A DNA stretch of 64,000 nt from an uncultured Candidatus Rokubacteria bacterium (lineage in GTDB: Bacteria > Methylomirabilota > Methylomirabilia > Rokubacteriales > DASRDR01): assembly GCA_963805625.1 (NCBI GenBank), contig CAWDVE010000013.1:192001-256000 (forward strand). The letters are read 5' to 3'. The position numbers and the translations under genes are program-made. Shown here in pieces: positions 27,801-38,587 of the stretch (position 1 is the first letter of the stretch; the number at the start of each line of letters is the position of its first letter). A model generated the notes under the pieces. It saw only the letters and a program-made list of their open reading frames with translations, did no database searches and was not told where the DNA came from.

Positions 27801-28731
27801 CTTCGCGGGGGCCCCGCCCCAGCAACCGCGGGGCGGCTCGAACTGCACCTACAACTACACGGCAGCGCACACGGTGTACCCGCTCAAGTGCATCCTGTCG
27901 CCCAGCGTGCCCAGCAATGCCGGGTGCTACCGACCCTTCCGCGTGACGGCCCCCGAGGGCAGCATCCTGAACTGCACGAAACCCGCCTCGGTCAACGTGC
28001 GGACGCGAACAGGCTGGTACATCGCGCCGAACCTGTTCATCGCGCTGGCGGGGGCGGTGCCGGATCGGGTTCAGGCGTTCACGGGTCTCCCGGCTTCCAT
28101 CACCTTGTACGGTCAGGGCCCGGACGGCCGCTTCTACAGCGACCACCTCTTCCAGGGGGGCGGCCAGGGTGCTTCCGCCCAGGGCGACGGCAAGTCGGCG
28201 CTCCTCTGGCCGACCAGCGCCGCCAACACGTCGGTCGAGCTCTTCGAGACGCGAACCCCGATCCTGGTGCTCGAGAAGCGCTATCTCTCGGACAGCGGCG
28301 GCCCCGGCCGACACCGCGGTGGGCTCGGCCAGGTCGTCCGCGTGCGGAAGCTCGCCGACGACGGCCGGCCGGCCTATGCCGGCCTCTTTCCCGATGGCGT
28401 GCTGACGCGGACGGCAGGCCTCTTCGGGGGTCGTGCGGGCGGCGCCGTGCGGGGGGTGCTCCTCGACGCCGCCGGCGCGGTGGTCACCGACTACGGGGTG
28501 GGGAGCCTGGTTGCCCTCGAGCGGCCCAACCAGATCCTCGAGCTACGCCTGGCGGGCGGGGCCGGATTCGGCGACCCGCGGGAGCGGCCGCTCGAGCTGA
28601 TCCAGCACGACCTGGACCACGGCTACGTCACGCCGCGAGCGGTGGTCGAGGACTACGGCTGCAAGGTGGCGGCGGACGGACGCGTCGTCCCGGCCACCGG
28701 CTCGCGTATGTCAGACGACCCAGCGCGGTAG
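24862..28731 (+). CDS. Fused hydantoinase A/B (ATP-dependent 5-oxoprolinase/N-methylhydantoinase family)
   Basis: GVDIGGTFTD, HGTT..TNA, SGPAGG, DMGGTT, GPRSAGADPGPACYG, then B part NDPW..GHLFD, DSGGPGRHRGG, GGAGFGDP. Start reset to ATG 24862. Confidence 0.92.
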   Translation: MTRSRDRYRVGVDIGGTFTDFVLVDGETGRVRLHKCLTTPKDPSAGALEGLEELLRAAGLGFVEVGALVHGTTLVTNAIIERNGSPLGLLTTRGFRDVLEMGTEQRYDIYDLFLRFPEPLVGRALRREVDERLDRDGRVVVPLDQEQARREVADLVEAGIEALAVCFLHAYRNPAHERAVADMVRREFPGLAVSLSSEVVPELREYERSATTAANAYVQPLMARYVAKLEAALAERGFAGRFYLIQSAGGMTPPATARRFPIRLLESGPAGGALVAAFFGRQVGHPDVLAFDMGGTTAKACLVQDGRPDVAPAMEAARVHRFKRGSGLPIKAPVIDMIEIGAGGGSIAHVDALGLLKVGPRSAGADPGPACYGLGGKEPTVTDANLLLGYLDPGFFLGGRMRLDRPAAEGAVAALAGELGLDRMGAAWGIYEIVCENMAAAARVHIVEKGRDPRRYAMVAFGGAGPAHAARVARILGIGEVIVPPASGAAAALGFLVAPISFEFVTSLPGVLGELDLTAVNRLLGDLEAQGRALLTEAGVPATDVTVTRRAEMRLLGQVHDIAVALPAGPLRHDDLPAIEAAFVAEYGRLYTHVYTGTVIQAINWRVLSAGPAPTVHVGGQDGVMAGATARKGDRPAYFPEAGGFVSTPVYDRYALAPGEILLGPVIVEERESTTVVPPGDRLEVDPRGNLRIRVARTTSLEPVVPAGLDLIQAIARIEADPVGLEIMWSRLINIVEECWLTVWRTAFSLIIGEAQDFACELLDPRGNSLAHSPRAMPVFNLTLPRAVRAILERFPAETLAPGDVLITNDPWICAGHLFDVAIVTPVFRDGRVVAILGTIGHVTDIGGTRDSLSAREIYEEGFQIPPMKLYRAGEPNEDLFRLLAENVRKSEQVLGDLHALISANATGAQRLLAFMEEYGLEDLEALATVIQDRSERAIREAIRRVPDGTYRSEIWNDGLGTPLRYPITVTVRGETIDVDFAGAPPQQPRGGSNCTYNYTAAHTVYPLKCILSPSVPSNAGCYRPFRVTAPEGSILNCTKPASVNVRTRTGWYIAPNLFIALAGAVPDRVQAFTGLPASITLYGQGPDGRFYSDHLFQGGGQGASAQGDGKSALLWPTSAANTSVELFETRTPILVLEKRYLSDSGGPGRHRGGLGQVVRVRKLADDGRPAYAGLFPDGVLTRTAGLFGGRAGGAVRGVLLDAAGAVVTDYGVGSLVALERPNQILELRLAGGAGFGDPRERPLELIQHDLDHGYVTPRAVVEDYGCKVAADGRVVPATGSRMSDDPAR

Positions 28732-28843
28732 TCGCGAGACCCACCCTTCATCGGGGTCCGGCCGCGGGATCGGTCACAGATGACGCTCCACCCCCGGATG
28801 GACGGGCGTTGACCCACGGCGTGCGACCCCCGCAGCCGCGCGT

Positions 28844-29776
28844 TCAAGCCGCGACGGCGGGCTCCAGGAAGGACAGCGTGCCGGCGCCGCCGTCGAGGCG
28901 CGCCCGCGTGCCCAGCGCGACCGGCACGTTGACCGCGTCATGGCCGATGGGAAGCCCGCCGACGCACGGAAGGCCCGTCTCTCCCGCCAGGCTCCAGAGC
29001 ACGTCGCGAAGCGTGAACTCACCGCCCGGCTCCTCGCAGTCGGTGAAGTCGCCGAGCGCCAGGCCTGCCACGCGCCCGAAGACCCCCGCGAGCCGGAGAT
29101 GGGTCCACATGCGGTCGATCCGGTATGGCCGCTCCCCCACGTCCTCGAGGAGCAGCACCGCGCCGGTGAGGTCCGGCAGCCACGGCGTGCCGAGAAGGCG
29201 GGTGAGGATGGAAAGGTTGCCGCCCAGAAGCGGCCCCTCGGCGACACCGCCGATGATCGGTGTCCCGCTAACGGGCGCGGGCGGGGCCGCACCGTCCTCC
29301 AGAATCGCGAAGAAGCGTTCCATGACGGTCGACGGCTGCGTCGCGAGCTGGGTGACGACCGGCCCGTGAACACTCACGCGACCGCAGACCTGAAGAGCGG
29401 CGTGCAACGCCGTGATGTCCGAGAATCCGACTAGCAGCTTGGCGGGGCCGGGACTCGAAGGGACGCCACCGGCGATCGGCCACACACGGGGCAGGAGCCG
29501 CATGCTGCCGTAGCCGCCACGCGCCGCCACGATGCCACGGATCCGGGGGTCGGCGAGCGCCGCCACGAGCTCCCCCCGGCGCCTGCCATCGTCTCCGGCG
29601 AGATACCGGACGCGGCTCAGGAGGCCGCAATCCCACGCCACCTCGTACCGGCCGGCGAGGATCCGGAGGCCCGCGTCGAGGCTCTCGCGATCGAAGGGCC
29701 CGGCCGGCGCGACGACGGCGACACGATCCCCAGGCGCGAGGGCGCGAGGCTTCACGAAGGGCGCCGGTCCGCTCAC
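28844..29776 (-). CDS. ldcA: LD-carboxypeptidase (peptidase S66)
   Basis: VAPAG, YLAG.D..R, RGGYGS, GFSDIT, GGNL, LEDVGE, IGH (Ser-Glu-His triad). Confidence 0.92.
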   Translation of the reverse strand: MSGPAPFVKPRALAPGDRVAVVAPAGPFDRESLDAGLRILAGRYEVAWDCGLLSRVRYLAGDDGRRRGELVAALADPRIRGIVAARGGYGSMRLLPRVWPIAGGVPSSPGPAKLLVGFSDITALHAALQVCGRVSVHGPVVTQLATQPSTVMERFFAILEDGAAPPAPVSGTPIIGGVAEGPLLGGNLSILTRLLGTPWLPDLTGAVLLLEDVGERPYRIDRMWTHLRLAGVFGRVAGLALGDFTDCEEPGGEFTLRDVLWSLAGETGLPCVGGLPIGHDAVNVPVALGTRARLDGGAGTLSFLEPAVAA

Positions 29777-29864
29777 GCCACCGACTCGAGACCCGGCGCA
29801 CGCACGCGGATCATCTCCCCGAAGGTATCCTACCTCATGAGCACGACGACGCCGGCGGAACCGA

Positions 29865-29899
29865 GGACTCCGCGCCGCCGCGAGGACGGCGCGGAGTCC
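29865..29899 (-). terminator. 13-bp hairpin downstream of the HtrA gene
   Basis: GGACTCCGCGCCG-N9-CGGCGCGGAGTCC, 23 nt after the stop; weak U-tract. Confidence 0.55.
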
Positions 29900-29922
29900 C
29901 CAAGCCGGCCGAACTGACGGAA

Positions 29923-31374
<1,452 letters not shown>

Positions 31375-31471
31375 CGGTCTCTCTCCTTCGCGTGTGCTCG
31401 GGCGCGCCGGGCCGGCGACATGCCGGACGCCGAGGCGTCGCCCAGATCTGCCCTCGATCATGAACGCCGAA

Positions 31472-31500
31472 GATGAGAGGCCGATGAGAACTGGATGAGA
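31472..31500 (-). promoter_or_regulatory. Triple direct repeat (TCTCATC x3, 11-bp period), probable OmpR-family binding site upstream of degQ
   Basis: GATGAGA at 31472, 31483 and 31494 on the + strand, between the kinase stop and the degQ start. Confidence 0.7.
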
Positions 31501-31506
31501 TCTTTC

Positions 31507-32913
31507 TCAGGAACGGGGCAGCCGGATCGTGAAGCGGCTCCCCGCCCCGGGGGTCGACTCCACGGTCAGGGTTCCGCCGTGGGCCGCTACGATTGATCGG
31601 GCGATCGCGAGACCGAGCCCGGTGCCCTCCGTCTCCCTCGCCCGGGCCGCCTCCAGCCGGACGAATGGATCGAACACCCGCTCCACGTCGGCCGGCGCGA
31701 TCCCCGAGCCGCTGTCCTGAACGGAGATCTCCACCCAGCCGGACGCCGACACGGCCGAGATCTCCACCTTGCCGCCGGACGGCGTGTACCGCACGGCGTT
31801 GTCGACCAGGTTGAGGAGCGCCCGCTCGAGAGCGACCGCATCGCCCGTCACGCCGGTGGGCTCCACGACACCGAGACGGACGGTCACACCGCGCCCCTGG
31901 GCCAGCCGGGCGCCGGCATCCAGCGCCCCGAGGACGAGCGCCTCCAGATCCACCGGTCCGGACCGCACCAGGCCGCCCGAGGAGGCCCGCGACAGCACGA
32001 GAAGGTCCTCCGCGAGCCGAACGAGCCGCTCGACGCTCTCGAGGGCCGACTTGAGGACGCGCCGGTACTCCTCGGGCGACCGGTCCGCACGGAGGCCCAC
32101 CTCGAGCTCCCCGCGGAGAGCCGTCAGAGGCGTGCGGAGCTCGTGCGCCGCGTCGGCGGCGAATCGCCGCACCTGCACGAAGGCCGCCTCGAGCCGGACG
32201 AGCATCGCGTTGAGGGTCTCCGCCAGGTGGTCGAGCTCGTCCCCGGCCCCGCGAACGGGGATCCGCTCGGTCAGATCCGCCGCGGTGATGCGCCGGGCGG
32301 TCCGGGACATCGTCCCGACCGGGGAGAGGGCCCGGCGCGCCACGAGCGCCCCGCCCGCCGTGGCCAGGCCGAGTCCGAGCGGTATCAGGGCGAGCAGCGT
32401 CCGGAGGTACTGGTTCAGCGCCTCGTACGTGCGCCGAAGCGGGATACCGACCTGGATCAGATTGACCAGACGCCCGTTCCGCATCACCGGCATCGTGAGC
32501 ACGCGTACCGGCTCGCCCGACTCCGTCTGGACCGTCTCGAATGTCGGGAGTCCCCGCCTGGCGTTGGCCCGGGCCTCCACGGAGAACGGGAGCACCCGGG
32601 ATCCGGCCGCGGGGGTCTCGGGATCGGTCACGCCTTCCGGATCGAGGAGCCGCAGGAACCTGTCGAAGAAGTCGGGGCCGAGGAGCGCGCGGAGCCTGGC
32701 CTCCGAATCCGTCAACGCCGAGCCCCGAGGGTAGCCCGTGTCCCTCACCACCTGCGCGACGACCAGCAGCGTGCTGTCGACGTCACTCTGAAGCGTCCAG
32801 CGAAGCGCGGCATAGGACAGCGCGCCGAACACGAGGAGGATCGCGAGGAGGACGCCGCCATACCAGAGCGTCAGCCGCGCGCGAAGGCCCAGCGCCTTCG
32901 CCCGGGGACTCAC
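31507..32913 (-). CDS. Sensor histidine kinase (2 TM, HAMP, HisKA, HATPase; CusS/MprB-like)
   Basis: LRARLTLWY, DELDHLA..N, AAHELRTPL, NLVDNA, DSGSGI, GTGLGL. GTG 32913 overlaps the RR stop. Confidence 0.93.
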   Translation of the reverse strand: MSPRAKALGLRARLTLWYGGVLLAILLVFGALSYAALRWTLQSDVDSTLLVVAQVVRDTGYPRGSALTDSEARLRALLGPDFFDRFLRLLDPEGVTDPETPAAGSRVLPFSVEARANARRGLPTFETVQTESGEPVRVLTMPVMRNGRLVNLIQVGIPLRRTYEALNQYLRTLLALIPLGLGLATAGGALVARRALSPVGTMSRTARRITAADLTERIPVRGAGDELDHLAETLNAMLVRLEAAFVQVRRFAADAAHELRTPLTALRGELEVGLRADRSPEEYRRVLKSALESVERLVRLAEDLLVLSRASSGGLVRSGPVDLEALVLGALDAGARLAQGRGVTVRLGVVEPTGVTGDAVALERALLNLVDNAVRYTPSGGKVEISAVSASGWVEISVQDSGSGIAPADVERVFDPFVRLEAARARETEGTGLGLAIARSIVAAHGGTLTVESTPGAGSRFTIRLPRS

Positions 32914-33587
32914 GGCTCGACCCGCAAGACGTACCCGGCGCCCCTCGTCGTGTGGAGCAGACGCACCTCGCCAGGGAGATCGATCTTCCGTCGGAGATAC
33001 CCGACGTACACGTCGATGACATTGCTCTCCGGATCGAAGTCGATGCCCCACACGTGCTCGGCGAGCAGGGGGCGGGTGAGCACCCGGCCCGCGTTGCGGA
33101 GGAAGTACTCCAGGAGGGCGTATTCCCGCGCAGTCAGCGAGATCGTGCGGTCCCCCCGCGTGACCTGGCGTGTCGCGGGATCCAGCCGGAGATCCAAGAG
33201 CTGGAGAACCGGGGGTCGCTGTGCGGCGCGGCGCCGAAGGAGGGCACGCACGCGCGCGAGGAACTCGTCGAACGCGAACGGCTTCGTGAGGTAGTCGTCC
33301 GCGCCCAGATCGAGGCCCGCGACCTTGTCGGGCACGCTGTCGCGAGCCGTCAGGAGCAGGACGGGCGCGGCCATGCGGTGGTCCCGCAGCGCGCGAAGGA
33401 CGGCGAACCCGTCCCGCTTCGGGAGCATGACGTCGAGCACGATCAAGTCGTAGGACGTGCCCCCGAGGGCCAGGTCGAGGGCCGCCGCCCCGTCCGTCGC
33501 GACGTCCACGGCATACCCTTCCTCTGCCAGCCCCTGGCGTATGAAGCTTGCGACCTTCCGCTCGTCCTCGACGACCAGGATGCGCAT
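32910..33587 (-). CDS. OmpR/PhoB-family response regulator
   Basis: MRILVVEDE, LDVMLP, LTA, GADDYLTKPF, NVIDVYV, RGAGY. Confidence 0.95.
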   Translation of the reverse strand: MRILVVEDERKVASFIRQGLAEEGYAVDVATDGAAALDLALGGTSYDLIVLDVMLPKRDGFAVLRALRDHRMAAPVLLLTARDSVPDKVAGLDLGADDYLTKPFAFDEFLARVRALLRRRAAQRPPVLQLLDLRLDPATRQVTRGDRTISLTAREYALLEYFLRNAGRVLTRPLLAEHVWGIDFDPESNVIDVYVGYLRRKIDLPGEVRLLHTTRGAGYVLRVEP

Positions 33588-33763
33588 GGTGTCCGGATGG
33601 CCGGGCACGGCCGACCCCGGTCTCCGCGCTCCATTGTACGCACGGCGTCATGGGCCCCAGACTCCGGGCCACGACCCACGCCTGCCGATACCGAGTCGAG
33701 CGGCGCCCTGCTAGACTGAGGCGCTCGCGTCGACCCCCAGGCCCCACGCCCCGGAGGACACGA

Positions 33764-35215
33764 ATGGCCGGCTTCGCCGAATACGAAGCGTACGACGCCC
33801 TCGGTCTCGCGGACCTCGTCCGCCGCCGGAAGGTCACACCCACGGAGCTGCTGGACGCCGCGATCGCCCGAGTCGAGGCGCGGAACCCGACGGTGAACGC
33901 CGTGGTGTTTCCGCTGTACGACTACGCCCGGAAGGCGATCGCCGACGGCTTGCCCGACGGGCCGTTCCGAGGCGTTCCGTACCTCCTGAAGGACCTCACC
34001 GCGTCTCTGGCCGGGGTGCGGACGATGCGCGGATCGCGTTTCTTCGCGGACACGCCGCCCGCCGCCGCCGACAGCGAGCACGTCGCGCGACTCAAGCGCG
34101 CCGGGCTCGTCGTCTTCGGGCGGACGAGCACGTGCGAGCTCGGGCTCTCGCTGACCTGCGAGCCCCAGCTCTACGGTCCCACGAGGAATCCCTGGGACCC
34201 GACCCGCATCTCCGGCGGCTCGAGCGGCGGCGCCGCTGCGGCCACGGGCGCCCGCATCCTGCCGATGGCGCATGCGAGCGATGGCTTCGGGTCGATCCGC
34301 GCGCCAGCGGCCTGCTGCGGGCTGGTCGGGCTCAAGCCCACGCGCGCCCGGAACACGATGGCGCCCTATATGGGCGAGGGTCTGGGCGGACTCTCGACCG
34401 AGCACGCCGTGACGCTGACCGTCCGCGACTGCGCGGCGCTCCTCGACGCGACCGCGGGCCCGGGGGCGGGCGACCCGTACGCGGCCCCACCCCCCGCCAG
34501 GCCGTTCCTTGCCGAGGTGGGCGCCGCGCCCCGCCGCCTCCGGATCGCGTGGACGCTGCGCACGCCGAACGGCGCGCCCGTCGATCCCGCGTGCACGGCG
34601 CTCGTCCGGGAGATCGCCGCGCTCTGCGCCGACCTCGGCCACCACGTGGCCGAGGCGGATCCCGACATCGACCGCGACGCGGTCGTCCCCACCTTCCTGA
34701 CGATCGCGACCGCCAACTCGGCGGTGAACGTCCGGAGTCACCCGACAGCGGGCCGGCCGCCCCGCCGCGGTGAGGTCGAGAACGTCACCTTCGACACGGC
34801 AGCGCGCGGAGAGCACGTCGCGGCCCAGGACTACGTCCGGGCCACCCAGGCCGCTCACCGGCTCGGCCGCCAGATGGCCGCCTTCCACCAGAGCTACGAC
34901 GTCTTGCTCACCCCGGGGCTCGCGACGCCGGGCGCCGTTAAGCTGGGGTGGATCGACATGATGCTCGAGGAGGTGGACGAGTATTGGCGGCGGGTATTTA
35001 CGTTCTCGCCATTCACCGTGTGGTTCAACATCACGGGCCAGCCCGCGATCATGCTTCCCGTGGGCCAGGTGGAAACGGCCGGTGCGCCGCGCGGCCTGCC
35101 GCTGGCGGTCCAGCTCGCGGCACGCTTCGGCGACGAGGCGACGCTCTTCCGGCTGTCAGCACAGCTCGAAGGCGCGCGCCCCTGGTTCGACCGGAAGCCC
35201 GCCCTGGCTGGCTGA
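33764..35215 (+). CDS. Amidase signature family enzyme
   Basis: [31 protein letters not shown]; SD GGAGG. Confidence 0.92.
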   Translation: MAGFAEYEAYDALGLADLVRRRKVTPTELLDAAIARVEARNPTVNAVVFPLYDYARKAIADGLPDGPFRGVPYLLKDLTASLAGVRTMRGSRFFADTPPAAADSEHVARLKRAGLVVFGRTSTCELGLSLTCEPQLYGPTRNPWDPTRISGGSSGGAAAATGARILPMAHASDGFGSIRAPAACCGLVGLKPTRARNTMAPYMGEGLGGLSTEHAVTLTVRDCAALLDATAGPGAGDPYAAPPPARPFLAEVGAAPRRLRIAWTLRTPNGAPVDPACTALVREIAALCADLGHHVAEADPDIDRDAVVPTFLTIATANSAVNVRSHPTAGRPPRRGEVENVTFDTAARGEHVAAQDYVRATQAAHRLGRQMAAFHQSYDVLLTPGLATPGAVKLGWIDMMLEEVDEYWRRVFTFSPFTVWFNITGQPAIMLPVGQVETAGAPRGLPLAVQLAARFGDEATLFRLSAQLEGARPWFDRKPALAG

Positions 35216-35293
35216 GCGAGGGACCTCGGGCACGCTTGGACCCGGGCGCTCCGAGGGCTCCGTCGGTCCTGACCGGACCGGGGTGAGCCAGCC

Positions 35294-36403
35294 CTACCGG
35301 CGCCGGAACAGCAGCACGGTGGCGATGCCTGCCGCTCCGAGCGTGGCGTAGAGGAGTCCCGGCGAGCCGGTCGCGAGCAGTGTGGTGGCGGCCAGCGGAC
35401 CAAGGAAGCCCGACCCCACGCGCGCCGCATTGATGATCCCGATCGCGCTGGCATCGGCGCGCCGCGCGACCTGCGCGACCATCAGCGGGAAGAACGGAGC
35501 GATCGCCAGGGACTGTACCCCGCGCAACACGACGAAGGCCCAGAAGGAACGCGTGCTGCCGAGCAGCACCAGCGCGATCGACGACGCCACCAGCAGTCCC
35601 GCCAGGAGGCGCCGCTCCGAGATCTGCTCGGCGAGGACCGGCGCCGCCAGGCCACCCACGGCCGCCGCCGCGCCGGCGACGAAGATCAGGAGGCCGCTCG
35701 CCTCCACCAGGTCGTCCATGCCCACGCCGAGTCCCGGCAGCACCCTGGGGAGGACCGCCGCCAGGAACGTTTCCTGGGACGAAGCCACGAGGACCAGAGC
35801 CGCCACGAGGGTGATGTCCCGGGTCAGCATCCGCCGGCTCGCGCCGGCCTCGTGCGGCACCGCGGAAGGGCTCGGCATGCCCCATTGGAGGAGCGACGCC
35901 GAGATCACCAGCACCATCGCGCCGATGAGGTAGGTCAGCCGGAACCCGAGCCGCGCGGCCGCGACGGCTCCCGGCAACGGCCCCACGAGGGTACCGAGGA
36001 CCAGGGCCGACTGGATCGCCGCCAGGCGACGTCGCATGACTGTCGGGTCCGACTCCCGGCCGGCGATGACGAAGGCCAGTGTGGAGAACGATCCGACGGT
36101 GCCGAGCAGGAGGCGCGCGATGAGGAGCTCGATGACCGAGTGAGCCATGGCCGTGGCCAAAAAGCCCAGCCCCTGGAGCGTCTGGACGAGGACGCACACG
36201 GCCTTGGGGTCCGTCCGCTCCCCGTAGCGCGCCCAGATCGGCCCCGTCACCACCGCCGCCAGCGACGGGACGCCGAGGATCCAGCCCGTCCAGGCGAGCG
36301 TCCCCGCCGGCCCGGACGTGCTCAGTCGCTCGACCTGGAAGGGCAGCGCCACGAACACGAAGCTCCACGCGAGGGAGCCCAGGAAGGTGACCGCGATCAG
36401 CAC
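35294..36403 (-). CDS. MFS transporter (DHA1/MdtG-like)
   Basis: About 12 hydrophobic segments, PIW...G.R, ARLLLG, VGP..G. Confidence 0.82.
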   Translation of the reverse strand: MLIAVTFLGSLAWSFVFVALPFQVERLSTSGPAGTLAWTGWILGVPSLAAVVTGPIWARYGERTDPKAVCVLVQTLQGLGFLATAMAHSVIELLIARLLLGTVGSFSTLAFVIAGRESDPTVMRRRLAAIQSALVLGTLVGPLPGAVAAARLGFRLTYLIGAMVLVISASLLQWGMPSPSAVPHEAGASRRMLTRDITLVAALVLVASSQETFLAAVLPRVLPGLGVGMDDLVEASGLLIFVAGAAAAVGGLAAPVLAEQISERRLLAGLLVASSIALVLLGSTRSFWAFVVLRGVQSLAIAPFFPLMVAQVARRADASAIGIINAARVGSGFLGPLAATTLLATGSPGLLYATLGAAGIATVLLFRRR

Positions 36404-36541
36404 GGGGTCAGACTTTGACTTCTAAACAATCAGCGTGGGTCAGGCTTTGACTGCTGGGCAATTCCGGTTCCGACCCGCTCGGGACCCGGGGCCCCGGAGC
36501 ACGCCCAACCAGGAACGTTCAGAAGTCAAAGTCTGACCCCG
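36403..36541. mobile_element. 139-bp non-autonomous inverted-repeat element (MITE/REP-like)
   Basis: 25-bp terminal inverted repeat CGGGGTCAGACTTTGACTTCT(A/G)AAC at 36403-36427 and 36517-36541 (24/25 match), plus a degenerate third copy at 36437-36455. It fills the whole argC-MFS gap. Confidence 0.65.
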
Positions 36542-37543
36542 CTACGGCCAGAGCGGGAGGCCGGTTAGTCCCGCCGTCTCCGGCTGACCCGTCATGAGGT
36601 TCGCGTTCTGGACGGCCTGGCCCGCAGCGCCCTTGCCGAGGTTGTCCAGGGCGGCGATGGCCAGCGCGAGGCCCGTCTCCCGGTTGACCGCATAGGCCAC
36701 GAAGACCACGTTCGATCCGGTCGTCCACTTGGTCCGGGGACTCCGGCCGCCCTCTATCCGCACCACCCGGACAAACGGCTCGTCGCCGTACACGGCCCGG
36801 GCGGCTTCCTCGAGCCGGGCCGCGGTCACGACGCCCCGCGGCCGCGCGTAGCAGGTCGCGAGGATCCCGCGCGTCATCGGGACCAGGTGCGGGGTAAAGG
36901 CGAGCGTGGCCCGCCGGCCGCCGAGCCGCGTCAGGGCCTCCTGCATCTCCGCCGCGTGGGGATGGTCGGCAAGGCCGTAGGCCAGCACGTCCTCGTTGGT
37001 CTCGGCGTAACCGAACCCGCCCGCCCCACCGCCGCGGCCGGCGCCGCTCACGCCCGTCTTGGCGTCGATCACGAGGCCCTCCGGCTCCACCAGCCCCTCG
37101 GCGACGAGCGGCGCCAGCGCCAGCAGCGCCGCCACCGGATAGCAGCCCGGGTCCGCGACGCGGGATGACCGCGCGACGGCGGCGCGAGTGCCCGGCAGCT
37201 CGGTCAGCCCGTAGGTCCAGCCGTCGACGAAGCGGTGGTCTCCGCCCACGTCGACGACCTTCACGTCCCGCGGAACCCGCGCGAGCGGCTCGCGCGACTT
37301 GCCCGTCGGCAGCGAGGCGAAGAGAACATCGACGCCGTGGAGCTCCTCGGGGACGAACGGCTGAATGACGAGACTGCCCGTCGGGTGCCCGGCCAGAGCC
37401 GGGAACTGCTGAGAGAGCCTCTGGCCCGCCGTGGTCTCACCGCTCGCGTAGACGACCTCGAACGCCGGATGGCCCACGCAGAGTCGCAGGAGCTCGCTCC
37501 CGCCGTACCCGCTCACCCCGACGATGCCGACCCGCGCCCCCAT
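36542..37543 (-). CDS. argC: N-acetyl-gamma-glutamyl-phosphate reductase
   Basis: GVSGYGG, YGLTEL, A(D)PGCYP, GVSGAGR, FTPHLVPMTRGI, DNLGKGAAGQAVQNAN; SD GGAGGAG before ATG 37543. Confidence 0.93.
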   Translation of the reverse strand: MGARVGIVGVSGYGGSELLRLCVGHPAFEVVYASGETTAGQRLSQQFPALAGHPTGSLVIQPFVPEELHGVDVLFASLPTGKSREPLARVPRDVKVVDVGGDHRFVDGWTYGLTELPGTRAAVARSSRVADPGCYPVAALLALAPLVAEGLVEPEGLVIDAKTGVSGAGRGGGAGGFGYAETNEDVLAYGLADHPHAAEMQEALTRLGGRRATLAFTPHLVPMTRGILATCYARPRGVVTAARLEEAARAVYGDEPFVRVVRIEGGRSPRTKWTTGSNVVFVAYAVNRETGLALAIAALDNLGKGAAGQAVQNANLMTGQPETAGLTGLPLWP

Positions 37544-37678
37544 GGTCCTCTCCTCCTGACGAGCACCCATGGTAACGGCAGCCCCGCGGCGAGGCAATCA
37601 GGAAGCCGCTATACTGGGCGGGCGCGGGCCTGCCGACCCGCCGCGTTCACCGCTCGGCCACCGACACGAGGACACGCC

Positions 37679-38587
37679 ATGCAGATCGGGCTCTGCCTTC
37701 CCCACTTCGGCCGCCCTCTCGAGACGAGCCGCCTCCTCCAGGTGGCGCAGCGGGCGGACGCCCGGGGCCTGGACTCCCTCTGGGTGACCGACCACGTCAT
37801 CGTGCCGAAGGACGTCTACATCATCTACCGAGAGGACATGCTCGACCCCCTCGCGGTGCTGCCGTGGCTCGCGGGCGTCACCGAGCGGATCATGCTGGGG
37901 AGCAGCGTGATCATCCTCCCCTACCGGTCCCCGCTGCCCGTGGCCAAGCTCCTGGCCAGCGTCGACGCGCTCTCGGGCGGCCGCCTGATCTTCGGCGCAG
38001 GCGTCGGCTGGATGGAGGGCGAGTTCGCGGCGCTCGGCGTGCCCTTCAACGAGCGCGGCAGCCGGACCGACGAGGCGCTCGAGCTCTTCCAGAAGGTGTG
38101 GACGGAACGTGAGCCCGAGATCGATACGCGGCGTCACCGGCTCCACGGACTGGTCGCCTCGCCGATGCCGCTCCAGCGCCCGCGGCCCCCGATCTGGATC
38201 GGGGGCGCCAGCGAGGGCGCGTACCGCCGCGTGGCGCGCTTCGGCGAGGGCTGGCACTCGACCGCCGCGACACCGGAGGCGTTCCGCCAGGGTGCCGATG
38301 CCGTCCGGCGCTTCTGGACCGACGCCGGCCGTCAGGGCGCTCCGGTGCTCTCCCTCCGGATCCCCTTCTGGCTCGACGAGATCCACCGGCCCGGATCGGA
38401 CATGGGCTATCTCCGCGGCCGCCCCGCGATCCACGGCACCACGCGGCAGATCGTCGAGGCGCTTCGCGAGTTCGCCGCACTCGGCGTGAGCCACGTGGCC
38501 CTCGACGTGTCGCTGACGACATATCCGGCGATCCTCGAGACGATCGACGTCCTCGCCCGAGAGGTTCGGCCAGCGCTCGGCGGATGA
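37679..38587 (+). CDS. LLM-class (luciferase-like, probably F420-dependent) oxidoreductase
   Basis: GLDSLWVTDH, DP, LPYRSP, SGGRL..GAGVGW..EF, PLQRPRPPIWIGG. Confidence 0.88.
   Translation: MQIGLCLPHFGRPLETSRLLQVAQRADARGLDSLWVTDHVIVPKDVYIIYREDMLDPLAVLPWLAGVTERIMLGSSVIILPYRSPLPVAKLLASVDALSGGRLIFGAGVGWMEGEFAALGVPFNERGSRTDEALELFQKVWTEREPEIDTRRHRLHGLVASPMPLQRPRPPIWIGGASEGAYRRVARFGEGWHSTAATPEAFRQGADAVRRFWTDAGRQGAPVLSLRIPFWLDEIHRPGSDMGYLRGRPAIHGTTRQIVEALREFAALGVSHVALDVSLTTYPAILETIDVLAREVRPALGG

Noticed and set aside
25918-29369. Long antisense and off-frame ORFs (798 aa and 774 aa here; also 18044-19960, 45918-48101, 29962-31476 and many others)
   Set aside because: They are Arg/Pro/Gly-rich, motif-free shadows of well-supported genes, as expected at this GC content.
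29773-29814. 13-codon uORF (MIRVRAPGLESVA) overlapping the ldcA start
   Set aside because: The SD-like GGGGAG abuts the ATG with no spacing and the peptide has no informative features.
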